Source of the DNA: an uncultured virus (IMG/VR IMGVR_UViG_3300046463_000793)
Lineage: Duplodnaviria; Heunggongvirae; Uroviricota; Caudoviricetes
Reading direction: 5' to 3' (one strand)
Virus record (IMG/VR): IMGVR_UViG_3300046463_000793
Length of the DNA: 64,000 nucleotides
In this document: positions 26,392 to 36,080 of the stretch, in pieces
Position numbering within the stretch: position 1 is the first letter of the stretch
Layout: the number at the start of each line of letters is the position of its first letter
The notes under the pieces: model-generated
The model's database searches: none
What the model was told of the DNA's origin: nothing
What the model saw: the letters and a program-made list of their open reading frames with translations, nothing else
Translations under genes and position numbers: made by a program

Positions 26392-26597
26392 CGCTGGTGC
26401 GTGGCGCCCTGGCTGCCCTGCTGCTGGCCGCCCTGCTGGCCACCCTGGCCGCCCTGCTGGGCGTGCTGCACAAACTCCTGGACCTTCTGTTTGGCGTCCT
26501 GCACGGCCTGTTGCACTTGCTGCGGGTTGTTTGCTGCAGCTGCGATGCGATCCAGCGCGGCGTTCAGCTGTTGGGCGGCATCTTGGATGTTGGGCAT
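26388..26597 (-). CDS. small Gln-rich protein, antisense to the tail operon
   Basis: CAGGAG RBS before ATG 26597; MPNIQDAAQQLN...QQGGQGGQQ. Confidence 0.6.
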   Translation of the reverse strand: MPNIQDAAQQLNAALDRIAAAANNPQQVQQAVQDAKQKVQEFVQHAQQGGQGGQQGGQQQGSQGATHQR

Positions 26598-26697
26598 AGC
26601 TTTCTCCTGAAACAGGGGTCGACCCCGCGACCGTAAACGCCGCCCGGCGGATCTGGTTCCATTCCTCCACAATCTGAAACGAAAGGAAAATGTTGCC

Positions 26698-27165
26698 ATG
26701 GCGACATATTCGTTCATGGACGTTGCCGCGTCCATCGTCGGTCCCGGCGGCTCGTTCTCGCTCGGCTACGGCTCGGGTAATTCCGAAGAAGGCATTACCG
26801 TCGCCATGGTCGAGAACAAGAACACCATGACCATAGGCGCTGACGGCTCGGTGATGCACTCACTGCATGCTGGAAATGGCGGCACCATTACTCTGCGTTT
26901 TCTAAAGACCTCGCCGACCAATCAGATGCTGTCGGTGATGCTCGATCTGCAACGTGTGAGCTCGGCGCTGTGGGGACAGAACGTCATCGTTATCAGTGAT
27001 CCGGCGCGCGGCGACCAGATCTCCTGCACCAACTGCGCCTTCCAGCGTTGGCCGAATGTTTCCTACGCGAAAGAGGGAGGCCTGCAGGAATGGATCTTCG
27101 ACGCGGGTCAGGTCAACGGCGTGCTCGGCGACGGCACCAGCGGCACGTCGGTGGTCGGGGGTTAA
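26698..27165 (+). CDS. tail tube protein (DUF3277-type)
   Basis: TYSFMDV, EEGITV, IGADG..MHSL, LKTSPTN motifs. Confidence 0.85.
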   Translation: MATYSFMDVAASIVGPGGSFSLGYGSGNSEEGITVAMVENKNTMTIGADGSVMHSLHAGNGGTITLRFLKTSPTNQMLSVMLDLQRVSSALWGQNVIVISDPARGDQISCTNCAFQRWPNVSYAKEGGLQEWIFDAGQVNGVLGDGTSGTSVVGG

Positions 27166-27167
27166 CG

Positions 27168-27626
27168 ATGCTGGAATTCAAAGTCGGCGATCACCTCTAC
27201 CGCGCCAAACGAATGAACGCGTTCCAGCAATTCCACGTCGCCCGTCGTCTCGCGCCGCTGATCTCCGAGATGATGGAGATGGGCGACGCGCTGGCGGCGA
27301 TCGGCGAGCAGGAACCCAACAAGCTGATCGTGCCGTTTGCCGGGGCGCTGTCGCGCATCACCGATGAGGATTGCAACTACGTGCTCGGCATGTGTCTGGA
27401 GATGACACAGCGCCAGCAAGGCGGCAATGGTTCGGGTGTGGTGTGGGTCGACGTGTGGAACCCGCGCGCCAAACGCATCATGTTTGAGGATCTCGACTCA
27501 TTACCGATGATGATCGAGGTGGTCTCCAAGATCCTGCAGGATAATCTGACGGGTTTTTTCGGCGGCGCGTTGCCGGGGGCGGCAGCTACGGAAACGCCGA
27601 CGCTTACCCTGAACTCGATTGGATAG
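27168..27626 (+). CDS. tail assembly chaperone
   Basis: AFQQFHVARRLAP motif; follows the tube gene; slippery site near its end. Confidence 0.8.
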   Translation: MLEFKVGDHLYRAKRMNAFQQFHVARRLAPLISEMMEMGDALAAIGEQEPNKLIVPFAGALSRITDEDCNYVLGMCLEMTQRQQGGNGSGVVWVDVWNPRAKRIMFEDLDSLPMMIEVVSKILQDNLTGFFGGALPGAAATETPTLTLNSIG

Positions 27627-27808
27627 CGGTAGCAGACGGCGAGGGCTATCTGCTGCGCCCCTCCGTCAAAGGCATGTATCGCATGGAGGGTCTGCTCGAT
27701 GGCACGATCGATCTGGAGCACGTGATGCTCGCCAACGACTACCTCGACGTATTGGACGAGAACGAGCGGATCTATCAGCGTCACCTGGAGCGCAGCCGTG
27801 AGCGCTAG
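27551..27808 (+). CDS. -1 frameshift extension of the tail assembly chaperone (gpGT-like)
   Basis: G GGT TTT TTC slippery run; -1 frame open to TAG 27806-27808, encoding EGYLLRP...LLDGTIDL...NDYLDV..ENE. Confidence 0.75.
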   Translation, partial: GFFRRRVAGGGSYGNADAYPELDWIAVADGEGYLLRPSVKGMYRMEGLLDGTIDLEHVMLANDYLDVLDENERIYQRHLERSRER

Positions 27809-28862
27809 TCTGCGTGACTCGTCCACCGAAGTGACGCTCCCGCCGGTCGAGGTTGTCGCCAAGCGCGACCCGCCCGCACCCGAGCTGACGCCGCCACCCG
27901 GCAAACTATTCGGCAGACTGTGGGCTTTAGCGGTTGGCACGCCGACCGATGCCGGCGGCGGCGGCAAGGCCATCAACCTGTCGGACTTTCACATCGAATT
28001 TTCGGTGGAGACCGGCATGATGTTAAACCCGTGGCAACTGACCGCCACGGTCACCAACGTGCCGGATGATCTCGCTCAGCAGATCACCCAGGAATTCACC
28101 AACGTGACGCTGAGCGGCGGCTACCAGCACGCCCGCTACGGCCAGCTGTTTGCCGGTGATATCGTATTCTTTGAGAAGGGCAAGTTGAGCGCCACCGACA
28201 CGTTTCTGCGCATCCATGCCGCGTGCGGTAGCCAAGCCATGCTCGAGCCGCTCATCAACAAGCGACTGCCGCCCGGCACCACCGGGCAGGACATCATCAA
28301 TGCGGTGCTTTCCGCCATGGGCCCTTACGGCATCACCGCGGGAACCATCACCCAGATCGACGCGATCCAGACCCAGAAGAGCACGCGCAGCCGCACGCTC
28401 TATGGTTTGCCGCCCGAGGTGATGCGTGATCTGACGCAGGCTATCGATGGGTTTTGCTTCATCGATAGCAACAACAAACTGCACGTGCTGGGCCCGGGCG
28501 AGAAGCTGCCCGCCAAGCCGATCGAAATCAACGTCCTCAACGGTATGACCAGCATTCCGACGCAGCAGATCGGCGCCGCGATCCATGTGCAGTGTCTGTT
28601 AAATTACCAGATCACACCGGGCTGCCAGATCAAGATCAACAACGACGAGGTGAACAAGGTCATCAAGGCGCAAGGCGGTGATACCTCGCAGGCGATCAAC
28701 CAGACCTATTCGTTGCAGATGATGGCACACATCGAGAGCGACGGCATCTATACCGCGTGGAGCGTGACGCATCACGGCGATAACCGCGGGCAACCTTGGT
28801 ATACCGAGATCACCACAAAGCCGCTCGATCCTGATCAAGCTGGCCCGAAGGCGCCCGGCTGA
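27798..28862 (+). CDS. baseplate hub protein
   Basis: LSDFHIEF, GYQ..YGQLFAGDI, CLLNYQITPG, DGIY...H.GDNRGQPWYT motifs. Confidence 0.75.
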   Translation: MSASLRDSSTEVTLPPVEVVAKRDPPAPELTPPPGKLFGRLWALAVGTPTDAGGGGKAINLSDFHIEFSVETGMMLNPWQLTATVTNVPDDLAQQITQEFTNVTLSGGYQHARYGQLFAGDIVFFEKGKLSATDTFLRIHAACGSQAMLEPLINKRLPPGTTGQDIINAVLSAMGPYGITAGTITQIDAIQTQKSTRSRTLYGLPPEVMRDLTQAIDGFCFIDSNNKLHVLGPGEKLPAKPIEINVLNGMTSIPTQQIGAAIHVQCLLNYQITPGCQIKINNDEVNKVIKAQGGDTSQAINQTYSLQMMAHIESDGIYTAWSVTHHGDNRGQPWYTEITTKPLDPDQAGPKAPG

Positions 28863-31132
28863 TGGCCGCCGAGGTCCTCCAAGAGTTTCTGGTCAATGTT
28901 AAATACGTCGTCGACGGCGCATCGCAGGAGAGCTTCCTCAGCGGGCTGAAGCGGGTCGCCGCGCGTGTCGGTCTGCTCAATGCGGAGCTGGCCGCCATTG
29001 GCACCGGGCTTGTGGTGCTGGCCAAGAAGTTCGCCGAGACCGGCAACGAGCTCTACCAAGCCAGCCAGCGCATGGGCATGGCAACCGATGAAATCCAGTC
29101 GGTTAGCAACGCGTTCTGGATGCTCGGGATGTCGACCGAACAGGCGCGCGGCGCCATGGAGGGGTTCACCGGCTTCTTGCGCAGCTACGGGCCAGCCGGG
29201 ATCGGCTTCCTGCGCGCCTTCGGGGTGACTGCCACCGACAACGTGGGGCGGCTGAAAGAGCTCGGCGTGGAGCTCCGCAAGCTGGGTGGCGCGGATCCTA
29301 ATTCGCCGACCTACTGGATGGCGCAGCGACTGGCGGCGCGCGTCGGCATCACCGATCCGCTCGCGGTGCACTATCTGGCAACCGGCGAATGGGCCGCGCA
29401 GCAAGAGCGCGCCGCGAAGCTGGTGAAGGAGGTGTGGGGCAACCGCGACCCGAAGGAGTTCGCCACGGCGGCCGAGGCGGCGACGCGCACCTTCCGTGAT
29501 CTCGGCGTCGTGCTCAACAACATCTGGCAGCGCTTCGGCACCAACTTCCTGAAAGAGATTCAACCGTCGCTCGACCACATCCTGGTGACGCTCCGCGAGC
29601 ATCTCCCGCTGATCAATTCGCTGCTGGACGGATTGGCCAAGGCGGCGGGCTTCGTGTTCCGGGTGGTCGATCTGCTGATCACTGCGTTTGCCGGCATGTT
29701 CGATCTGATCGATCAGATACCCGGTAAACTCAAATTCCTGGAGATCGCGTTTGCTGCGGTGGGCGTGGCGATGCTGGCGACGCCGTTCGGGCGTGTCATC
29801 GCCATGCTGTCGCTGCTGCTCGGACTGCTCGACGACTACATGGTGTGGAAGGCCGGCGGCAAATCGCTGTTCGACTACGGCGGTCTCGAGAAGACCAGCA
29901 AAGCGATCGACCAGTGGGCCGGCACCAAAGACATCCTGGCGGACGTGCTGAAGACGCTGACCGCGATCGCCGCGCTGTCGATGATCGGCCTGGGGCCGTC
30001 CCGGCTGGCGCGCGGCTTGTGGACCATGGGGCGTGGGTTGCTGCGCATGCTCGGGCTGGTAGCACCCGCCGCGGCGGGTGCTGGCGCGGGCATGGGCGCG
30101 ACCTTCACCCGTGGCGCCGGCGGGCTGGCGGGCCGCCTGGGGGCGCGCGCTGGGCTGGCGGCTATCCCGGTGGTCGGCGAGATCGCGCTAGGCCTGTGGG
30201 CCGCCTATGACGCGTGGCAGGCGGCGAAGGCGGCGGGCTGGGATCCGGCAAAGCACGGTCCCGGCAAATGGGGCGAAGACGCCGGCAAATGGATCCGCGA
30301 TCTGTTCACCGACCCGAAAACCAAGGACGCCGTCACCGAGGGCGCCGAGGGGTTCTGGGATGTGGTCAAGGACACCTGGAAGACCCTGACCGAGAGCCAA
30401 GCGGAGTTTGATCCGACCACCGGCTCGGCGCACGGGCCGCAGTCATGGTGGGGCCGGGTGACGCAAAGCGTCGGCGGCACCGGCGCGTCGGGGGTGGCGG
30501 CGAACGCCGGCGACCTCGGTCGGAAGCTGATGGAGACGCTCGGTATCTCGCGGTCTGTCGCCGCGGCGTTCCTGTCCAACTTCCAGGCCGAGAGCGGACT
30601 ACGCGCCGACATCACCTATGGCGGCGGTGGCTACAATCCGCAATCCGGCCGCGCCTATGGGCTGGCGCAATGGGCCGGGTCGCGGCTGGCGGATCTGCGC
30701 AAGTTCGCCGAGGAGCGTCACCTCGATATCCGCCAGGAGAGCACCCAGCTGGCGTTCCTCAAGCACGAGCTGGGCGGCAAGTATGCCGGTGTGATGGCGC
30801 ACCTCCGCGCGGCCGAGGCCCGCGGCGCGACGCCCGAGCAACTCGCCGACATCGTGTTCCAGGAGTTTGAGGCGGGCCACGCCGCTGAGCTGCAGAAGTA
30901 TCGCGGTGGCCACATCGCGGGCGTGGGAGCTGCGCTCAACGCAATCCCCACCGAACACCCGGCGACCACCAGCCACGTCAGCAACAAGGGGGACACCACG
31001 ATCAACCACAGCGTCACCGTCAACGTGCCACCGCAGGCCAATCCGCAAGCCACCGCGCACGCGGTTGCCACCGAGCAGACCCGCGCGCACGCGCTGCTGG
31101 TGCGTGATGTCGGCCGGGCCAATCTGCGATGA
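28862..31132 (+). CDS. tape measure protein with C-terminal phage tail lysozyme-like domain
   Basis: AEVLQEFLV start; helical A/G/L-rich body; NFQAESGL...AYGLAQW..SRL...QLAF..HEL. Confidence 0.85.
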   Translation: MAAEVLQEFLVNVKYVVDGASQESFLSGLKRVAARVGLLNAELAAIGTGLVVLAKKFAETGNELYQASQRMGMATDEIQSVSNAFWMLGMSTEQARGAMEGFTGFLRSYGPAGIGFLRAFGVTATDNVGRLKELGVELRKLGGADPNSPTYWMAQRLAARVGITDPLAVHYLATGEWAAQQERAAKLVKEVWGNRDPKEFATAAEAATRTFRDLGVVLNNIWQRFGTNFLKEIQPSLDHILVTLREHLPLINSLLDGLAKAAGFVFRVVDLLITAFAGMFDLIDQIPGKLKFLEIAFAAVGVAMLATPFGRVIAMLSLLLGLLDDYMVWKAGGKSLFDYGGLEKTSKAIDQWAGTKDILADVLKTLTAIAALSMIGLGPSRLARGLWTMGRGLLRMLGLVAPAAAGAGAGMGATFTRGAGGLAGRLGARAGLAAIPVVGEIALGLWAAYDAWQAAKAAGWDPAKHGPGKWGEDAGKWIRDLFTDPKTKDAVTEGAEGFWDVVKDTWKTLTESQAEFDPTTGSAHGPQSWWGRVTQSVGGTGASGVAANAGDLGRKLMETLGISRSVAAAFLSNFQAESGLRADITYGGGGYNPQSGRAYGLAQWAGSRLADLRKFAEERHLDIRQESTQLAFLKHELGGKYAGVMAHLRAAEARGATPEQLADIVFQEFEAGHAAELQKYRGGHIAGVGAALNAIPTEHPATTSHVSNKGDTTINHSVTVNVPPQANPQATAHAVATEQTRAHALLVRDVGRANLR

Positions 31133-31986
31133 GCGGGCTGGTCGGTGGCGCGGTCGGTAGCGGCCTGGGCCGCGTGCTGCAGATTGGCGGCGGCATCATG
31201 GGCGTCGCCGCGCCGTTCAGTTCGCTGATCTCCGAAGCACTCGGACCGGACAGCCCGATCGCCGGGCTGTTCGCGCAGCCGCGCAAGATCGACACGATTA
31301 TTCCGGATGTAACGATCGAGGAGAACTTCACCGACCGCGTGCAGGTTACCCAGCATCCGGTAGGTAGCACCTCGCCGATTCACGACCACGCGTTCCTGCT
31401 GCCGCGCACGATTTCGATGCGCTGCGGCTGGACCAACGCGGCGCCGATCACCGCGGCGATCCAGGGTGGCATCTCGGGCTTTCAATCGGGTGGCGGGTTC
31501 GGTGACCTGGGCGGTGGCATCGGTGGCGCATTGACCGGTGCGGGCCAAGGGCTGTTGTCCTCGTTGACTGAACAACGCGCCAAGGAGATCTACAAGAAGC
31601 TGCTGGCGCTGCAATACAGCTCGGGCGTCGGCGGCACCGCTGCCAACAAACAGGATCCCGTCAAACCATTTACGCTGACCTGTGGCAAGCGCAACTACAC
31701 CAACGTGGTGATCACCGAGATCACCGTGCGCAACGACAAGTCGACCGAATATGCACTGATCGCCGAGATCAAAATGGAAGCGCTGAACATCGTCAGCGCC
31801 TCCGTCAGCGTCTCCGCCGGCACCGGCGCCCAGGCCAACCCGGCAAGCACCGCGCCGACCACCCAGGGCGGCACCCAGCAGGCGAAGCCGGTGCCGGAAT
31901 CGTTCTTCCATTCGACCTTCGCACCCGGCCAGGGCAACGCGCCCTGGGGACGGTTCGGCGGCGGCCTGTTCGGCGGAGGGCAATAG
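31129..31986 (+). CDS. tail tube initiator / Dit-like protein
   Basis: IIPDVTIEE, VTQHPV, DHAF..P motifs. Confidence 0.75.
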   Translation: MSGLVGGAVGSGLGRVLQIGGGIMGVAAPFSSLISEALGPDSPIAGLFAQPRKIDTIIPDVTIEENFTDRVQVTQHPVGSTSPIHDHAFLLPRTISMRCGWTNAAPITAAIQGGISGFQSGGGFGDLGGGIGGALTGAGQGLLSSLTEQRAKEIYKKLLALQYSSGVGGTAANKQDPVKPFTLTCGKRNYTNVVITEITVRNDKSTEYALIAEIKMEALNIVSASVSVSAGTGAQANPASTAPTTQGGTQQAKPVPESFFHSTFAPGQGNAPWGRFGGGLFGGGQ

Positions 31987-31989
31987 CCG

Positions 31990-32328
31990 ATGGCGTCGTT
32001 CTTTGAGATCCCGCTATCCGGCAGCACGCCGCAGACCTTCACCATCCAGCTCGCGGGCAACCCGCTGCAGCTGACCTTCCTCTACCGCAACGCCGACCCG
32101 GCGATCGCCGGCGGCTGCGGCTGGACCGTGGATGTGGTCAACGCGCAGGGCGCGAACGTGCTGTGCGGGGTGCCGTTGGTGACCGGCGCCGATCTGCTGG
32201 CGCAATACGCCTATCTCGATTTCAACGGCTCGCTGTTTGTCCGCTCCGACGGCACGCCGGAAGCGATTCCGACGTTTGAGAACCTGGGCGAGACTCCCGG
32301 CGGCCATCTCTACTGGATGATCCCCTGA
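31990..32328 (+). CDS. baseplate plug protein
   Basis: EIPL..PQTF, GVPLVTGADLLAQY, PTFENLG motifs. Confidence 0.75.
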   Translation: MASFFEIPLSGSTPQTFTIQLAGNPLQLTFLYRNADPAIAGGCGWTVDVVNAQGANVLCGVPLVTGADLLAQYAYLDFNGSLFVRSDGTPEAIPTFENLGETPGGHLYWMIP

Positions 32329-33161
32329 TGGCCACTCCACCGACCGCCGGCGCAGCGTCACCTACCGGACCGCTCGATCCGCGCCAGCGCGCGGTGATGT
32401 TCGCCGAGATGCATCAGTCGGCGCTCGATGGTCGGCAGGCGCAGATCCACACCGCGATGCCCGGTCACATCGTCAGCTACAACCCGGCTACGATGACGGT
32501 CACGGTGCAGCCGGACATTCAGGGCGTGCTGCGCAACCCCGACGGCACCAAGCTGATGGTGGCCATCACGCCGATTGCCGACGTGCCGGTGTGCTTCCCG
32601 GGTGGCGGCGGTCACATCCTGACATTTCCGATCGGGCCCGGCGACGACTGCCTGATCATGTTCGCTGAACGCTCGATCGATAATTGGTTCCAGCACGGCG
32701 GCACCCAGAGCCCGAGCGATTTTCGCATGCATGATATCAACGACGCGTTCGTGCTGGTGGGGGTGCGCTCGCAGCCGAAGCGATTGGGCGCCAGCGGCAC
32801 CACGCGGGCGGCAGCACCACCGGCCTCGGCCGGCACGGTGCAGCTGCGCAGCGATGACGGTCAAACCTACGTTGAACTGGACGGCACCAAGGGTGTCATC
32901 AACATGCGAGCGAACAGTTCGATCAATCTGCTCAACGAAGATGGGTCCAGCTCGGTGCAGCTTCTGGGCGAGAACGGCAATGTCACCATGACCTGCCCCG
33001 GCACGATGACCATCAACTGCCCGACATTGCACGTCACCGGGACGATCATGTGCGACGCCGAGGTGTTCGCCCAGGCGAACACGATGGGCTTCGTCACGCT
33101 CTCCAAGCACATCAATCACCAGGGCGGCGGAGCCGCCAACCCACCGACGCCGGGGACCTGA
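32328..33161 (+). CDS. baseplate spike, Gp138-type
   Basis: HTAMPG, DVPVCFP.GGG, GDDCL..FAERSIDNW, RMHDINDAF. Confidence 0.85.
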   Translation: MATPPTAGAASPTGPLDPRQRAVMFAEMHQSALDGRQAQIHTAMPGHIVSYNPATMTVTVQPDIQGVLRNPDGTKLMVAITPIADVPVCFPGGGGHILTFPIGPGDDCLIMFAERSIDNWFQHGGTQSPSDFRMHDINDAFVLVGVRSQPKRLGASGTTRAAAPPASAGTVQLRSDDGQTYVELDGTKGVINMRANSSINLLNEDGSSSVQLLGENGNVTMTCPGTMTINCPTLHVTGTIMCDAEVFAQANTMGFVTLSKHINHQGGGAANPPTPGT

Positions 33162-33162
33162 G

Positions 33163-33693
33163 ATGCGGTATCGCCGCTTGGATGCCAATGGCGACATGAC
33201 CTTCGGTCGTGGCCAGGGCAATTTCTGGATCGATCAGGCCGAGGCGGTGGCGCAGCTGGTGCTGACCCGGCTACGGCTGAACCTCGGCGAGTGGTTCGCC
33301 GACACCACCGACGGCACCGCATGGGCCACCGAGGTGCTGGGCGTGCGCACCCGGGCAACCCGGGACGTGGTGGTGCAGGCGCGCGTTCTCGGCACCCCCG
33401 GAGTGACCGATCTGGCGCAATATTTCTCCACCACCGACCCCAATGCGCGGCAATGGATCGCCGCGCTCTCGCTGGACACGGTGTATGGCCCGGTGGCGCT
33501 GGTGGCGGCGAAGCTGCCGGGCATCGTGCCGCCGTTACCGACGGCGCCGGCGGCGGTCTCACAGACGGCCGCGACCGGGCTCGGCGTGCTGGGTGGCACC
33601 GCGATCGGCAATACCCCGGCCGATCTGACCCAGGGGCCACAAGCCGACGTCACGGACTTCCAGATCCAGACCCTCGCTGCCGGGAGCTACTAA
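33163..33693 (+). CDS. baseplate wedge protein (gp46/gp25-like) with C-terminal extension
   Basis: MRYRRLDANGDMTFG, TRLRL..GEWF.D, GTPGV, DTVYG. Confidence 0.8.
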   Translation: MRYRRLDANGDMTFGRGQGNFWIDQAEAVAQLVLTRLRLNLGEWFADTTDGTAWATEVLGVRTRATRDVVVQARVLGTPGVTDLAQYFSTTDPNARQWIAALSLDTVYGPVALVAAKLPGIVPPLPTAPAAVSQTAATGLGVLGGTAIGNTPADLTQGPQADVTDFQIQTLAAGSY

Positions 33694-34124
33694 TGCCGCT
33701 GGCAATCCTCAAGCCGCTGCCACCGAGCCGGGTGGTCCGGCCGCGCGAGCGGCCACGTGCCGCCCCTGCGGTGGCGCTACGCGCCGTCCAGCAGCGCCAC
33801 CACATAACCCCACCGCCTGCCGTGGTGGTGCCGCCACGCCCTACCAGGGCCCGTCGGGTGACCCCGTTGGCGCCGGTCGAGCGGCCAGCGCCGCTGCTGC
33901 GTCTGCTGGCGCCTCCGGCACCCGCGCCGGTCCGCCTCGTGCTGCGCGCCCCCGCGCCGGCGCCGCCTACACCAACCCCCTTGGCCACGGTGCAGATGGC
34001 GATCGCGGTGGGCATCCAGGGCGGTGGCGGCACCCGCGTCATCAATGTGCCGGCCGATCTGACGCAGCCCGGGCTGGTCAACATCACGCAGTTTCGCGTC
34101 GCCCTTACGGCCGGGAGTTGGTGA
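33693..34124 (+). CDS. Pro/Arg-rich protein whose C-terminus duplicates the tail of the preceding gene
   Basis: TAATG coupling; shared GG.T...N.PADLTQ...TxF...AGS(Y/W). Confidence 0.55.
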   Translation: MPLAILKPLPPSRVVRPRERPRAAPAVALRAVQQRHHITPPPAVVVPPRPTRARRVTPLAPVERPAPLLRLLAPPAPAPVRLVLRAPAPAPPTPTPLATVQMAIAVGIQGGGGTRVINVPADLTQPGLVNITQFRVALTAGSW

Positions 34125-35378
34125 ATGTCAGGAACCGTCTCACCCACCTCCGCCTACGTCGATGCGACCGGCATCCACGCACCCACCTTCAGCATCATCC
34201 AGCAGTATCTGATCGGGCAATTCCAAGCGATCCACGGCGCCGACATCGTGGTCTCGAACGACAGCCAGGACGGCCAGATGATCGGCGTGTTCGCCGCCGC
34301 GCTCAACGACACCAATGCGGCCTGTGTCGCGGTCTACAATTCGTTCAGCCCGAGCACCGCACAGGGTGTTGGGTTGAGCTCCATGGTGAAGATTAACGGG
34401 CTGGCCCGACACGTGCCGTCCAACTCAACCGCAGCGCTCTATCTGGTCGGAGAGGCGGGCACGGTGATCACCAACGGCATCGTGCAGGATCCGGCCAGCA
34501 ACAACTGGCGGCTGCCGGCCAGCGTGACGATCCCGCCCAGCGGCGATATCACCGTCACTGCAACCTGTCAGACATTGGGTGCGGTCTCCGCAGCGCCCGG
34601 CGACATCGCGCATATCTACACCGTGACGTTGGGCTGGCAGACAGCCACCAACCCGGCAGCCGCGACGCCCGGCGCGCCGGTGGAGAGCGATCCCTTGCTG
34701 CGTATTCGCCAAGCGGTGTCCACGGCGCTGCCGGCACTGTCGGTGCTGTCCGGTATGATCGGCGCGGTGGCCGGGCTGCCGGGCGTGACGGCGGTCAAGG
34801 GTTATGAGAACGACACCAACACCGACTACTCGCCACCCAACCCGCCACCGCCGGCCAACCTTGCCGAGGGACCGTTGCCACCGCACAGCATCAGTCTCGT
34901 GGTGCAGGGTGGCGACGCGATTCAAATCTGCCAGACCATCCTGCTAAAGAAGACGCCCGGCTGCTACACCTACGGCAGCACCCGCGAGACGGTCGATGAC
35001 GTGTATGGGCTGCCGCATGATATCGGGTTCTTTATCCCGAGCGTGGTGACGATCGGTGTGCACATCACGCTGAAAGCGTTGGCGGGGTATTCTACCATCA
35101 TCGGTGCCGCGATCTCGCAATCGGTCAGCGATTACATCAACGCGCTCGGCTCCGGCGAAAGCGTGATTTACAGCAAGCTGTGGATGCCGGCTAATCTGTG
35201 CACGGAGTCTGGCGCCCCGATTGGCGCTACCGGCACTTACGATATCATCGCCATGGCGATCGGCACGCCGCCGGACAACGTCGGGTTTGCCGGTTACGGC
35301 ACCACCAACATCGCGATCAGTATTTTTCAGATGGCGAGCTGCCTGCCGAGTAACGTGATCATCACGGTCAGTCCGTGA
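34125..35378 (+). CDS. baseplate J/gp47-family protein
   Basis: DSQDGQ, YNSFSP.TAQG, ESD..LR.RQ, YENDT, PPHSI..VV.GG. Confidence 0.9.
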   Translation: MSGTVSPTSAYVDATGIHAPTFSIIQQYLIGQFQAIHGADIVVSNDSQDGQMIGVFAAALNDTNAACVAVYNSFSPSTAQGVGLSSMVKINGLARHVPSNSTAALYLVGEAGTVITNGIVQDPASNNWRLPASVTIPPSGDITVTATCQTLGAVSAAPGDIAHIYTVTLGWQTATNPAAATPGAPVESDPLLRIRQAVSTALPALSVLSGMIGAVAGLPGVTAVKGYENDTNTDYSPPNPPPPANLAEGPLPPHSISLVVQGGDAIQICQTILLKKTPGCYTYGSTRETVDDVYGLPHDIGFFIPSVVTIGVHITLKALAGYSTIIGAAISQSVSDYINALGSGESVIYSKLWMPANLCTESGAPIGATGTYDIIAMAIGTPPDNVGFAGYGTTNIAISIFQMASCLPSNVIITVSP

Positions 35379-36061
35379 CCCTCGCTGACTACATCGGTCT
35401 GATCACCTCGTGGCATTCCGACAAGCCTAAATTCGTCAACACGGTGGCGACGCTGGTGCAGCCGCTGGTCGACGCCCAGGACATGCTGGCCAAGCTGACG
35501 GCGGATTTCGATCTGGACACCGCGGTCGGCGTGCAACTCGATCAGGTCGGGCAATGGATCGGCCGCACCCGCTACATCCAGGCGCCGATCAAGGGCGTGT
35601 TCTTTTCCTTCAACGACGGCGCCGGCCCGCGCACCGGGTTCAATCAGGGTATCTGGCTGGGCGCATACGATCCGATCGAGGGCATCATCGCCCTGGATGA
35701 TGACACCTATCGCGCCGTGCTGAAGCTGCTGGCAATTGCCAATCAGTGGGATGGCACGGTGCCGAGTATCGCCGATGATCTGGACCGCGTGTTCCCTGGC
35801 ACCGTCATCCAGGACCTGGGCGACACGCCACCCGGTCGCATGGCGATGGACGTGCTGATCCCCGGCGTGCTGATCAATTCGCTCCTGCTGTCGGTGCTGG
35901 AACAGGACTTCCCGGTGAAGCCTGCCGGTGTGCATGTCAATTTCATCGAGTCCACGGTGTCCACGCAGCAGATTTTTGCTTTCAACGTGGACGGAGCAGC
36001 CGGCGGGCCATTGGGTGGCTTCAATCAGGGAGCGTGGGGCGTCATCGTTTTGACGACATAA
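35375..36061 (+). CDS. baseplate protein (DUF2612-type)
   Basis: FDLDTAVGVQLD.VG.WIG, LDDDTYR, N.WDGT, KPAGV. Confidence 0.85.
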   Translation: MTLADYIGLITSWHSDKPKFVNTVATLVQPLVDAQDMLAKLTADFDLDTAVGVQLDQVGQWIGRTRYIQAPIKGVFFSFNDGAGPRTGFNQGIWLGAYDPIEGIIALDDDTYRAVLKLLAIANQWDGTVPSIADDLDRVFPGTVIQDLGDTPPGRMAMDVLIPGVLINSLLLSVLEQDFPVKPAGVHVNFIESTVSTQQIFAFNVDGAAGGPLGGFNQGAWGVIVLTT

Positions 36062-36080
36062 ACAAGGGGACACGCCAACC

